A stretch of 62,194 bases of DNA, filler included, from Basidioascus undulatus (lineage: Eukaryota), in assembly GCA_000826855.1 (NCBI GenBank). It is 14 parts of 14 records of this genome, joined end to end, with 100 filler letters (N's around TTAATTAATTAA, not from the genome) between each part and the next. Parts side by side here need not be neighbours in the genome. Positions count along the whole stretch, not along the records: positions 59,344 to 62,194 come from JTLS01002618.1; 13 more parts are not named here. The stretch is one strand, 5' to 3'. A program made the position numbers and the translations under genes. The first letter of the stretch is position 1; each line of letters opens with the position of its first letter. The notes beneath the pieces are model-generated. The model had not been told where the DNA came from and made no database searches. It worked only from the letters and a program-made list of their open reading frames with translations. Below are positions 61,790 to 62,194 of the stretch, piece by piece.

Positions 61790-62153
61790 ATGCCCCCGCA
61801 GCCGGACCTCTCCTACCCGCCCCTGCACCTCATCCCGCTCGTCAAGTCCCCCACGCTCCGCCTGCCCAAGCCCGTCTCCCTCCCACCCGACATCCACCCC
61901 CTCCCAACCGACATCCAAGCGTACTTTGTCTATCCCCTCTCACTCGAGGTGCCTCCCCTGGTCCTCTCCCCCCCCTCTTCCTTCCTCTACTAACCTCCCC
62001 TCCCCCGCACTGCCCAGTCCTACGCCCTCACCTACCTCCCCCAAACCATCGCGGCCCGCGAGCAGGAAGCGGCGCAGCACGCGTCATACATCGCCGAGCG
62101 AGAGGCGGAGAAGCTGAGGAGAGAGAAGGAGGGCCGGGCGTTGGGGGCGTGAG
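61790..62153 (+). CDS. Hypothetical protein, probably 3'-partial
   Basis: MPPQPDLSYPPLHL...LPKPVSLPPDIHPLPTDIQAYFVYPLSLE|SYALTYLP...REAEKLRREKE resembles an uncharacterised fungal family (from memory). Confidence 0.6.
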
Positions 62154-62194
62154 CTATCTGTTTGGTAGTGCACAGGGGCTGAGCAGATTGACGG

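Overview
This is eukaryotic, intron-rich, GC-rich fungal DNA, most likely a basidiomycete (judged from EF-1alpha, MDM10, MOB2 and the GTRMGY donor sites). The window is not contiguous: 14 contigs (one of at least 23.7 kb and thirteen of about 2.85-2.88 kb) are joined by 13 artificial 100-nt N44-TTAATTAATTAA-N44 spacers, so adjacency across spacers means nothing. Most content is housekeeping genes, many cut at contig edges: MGM101, a CRH/UTR2-type GH16, a DUS1-like synthase, IRC3, CTK1, MOB2, a RING-LON protein, an ATRIP/Rad26-like protein, an ABCC transporter, RFA3, HEM14, a glutathione peroxidase, RPL32, tRNA-Asp, SUS1, BUR6, a TMEM41-like protein, GBP2, RAM2, a bHLH factor, IMP1, TEL1, MDM10, TEF1 and NCL1. 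I cannot support a wholly new multi-gene system. The best leads are: (1) CpG-free repeat and LTR relics in an otherwise CpG-rich genome, suggesting methylation- or RIP-like genome defence; (2) several disabled accessory genes beside intact core genes; (3) unusual splicing, namely two GCACGY GC-AG donors, a 17-nt catalytic micro-exon, a possible non-AG acceptor in RPL32, and oversized G-rich or structured introns in GBP2 and IMP1. All exon structures and family assignments were made by eye, without database searches.
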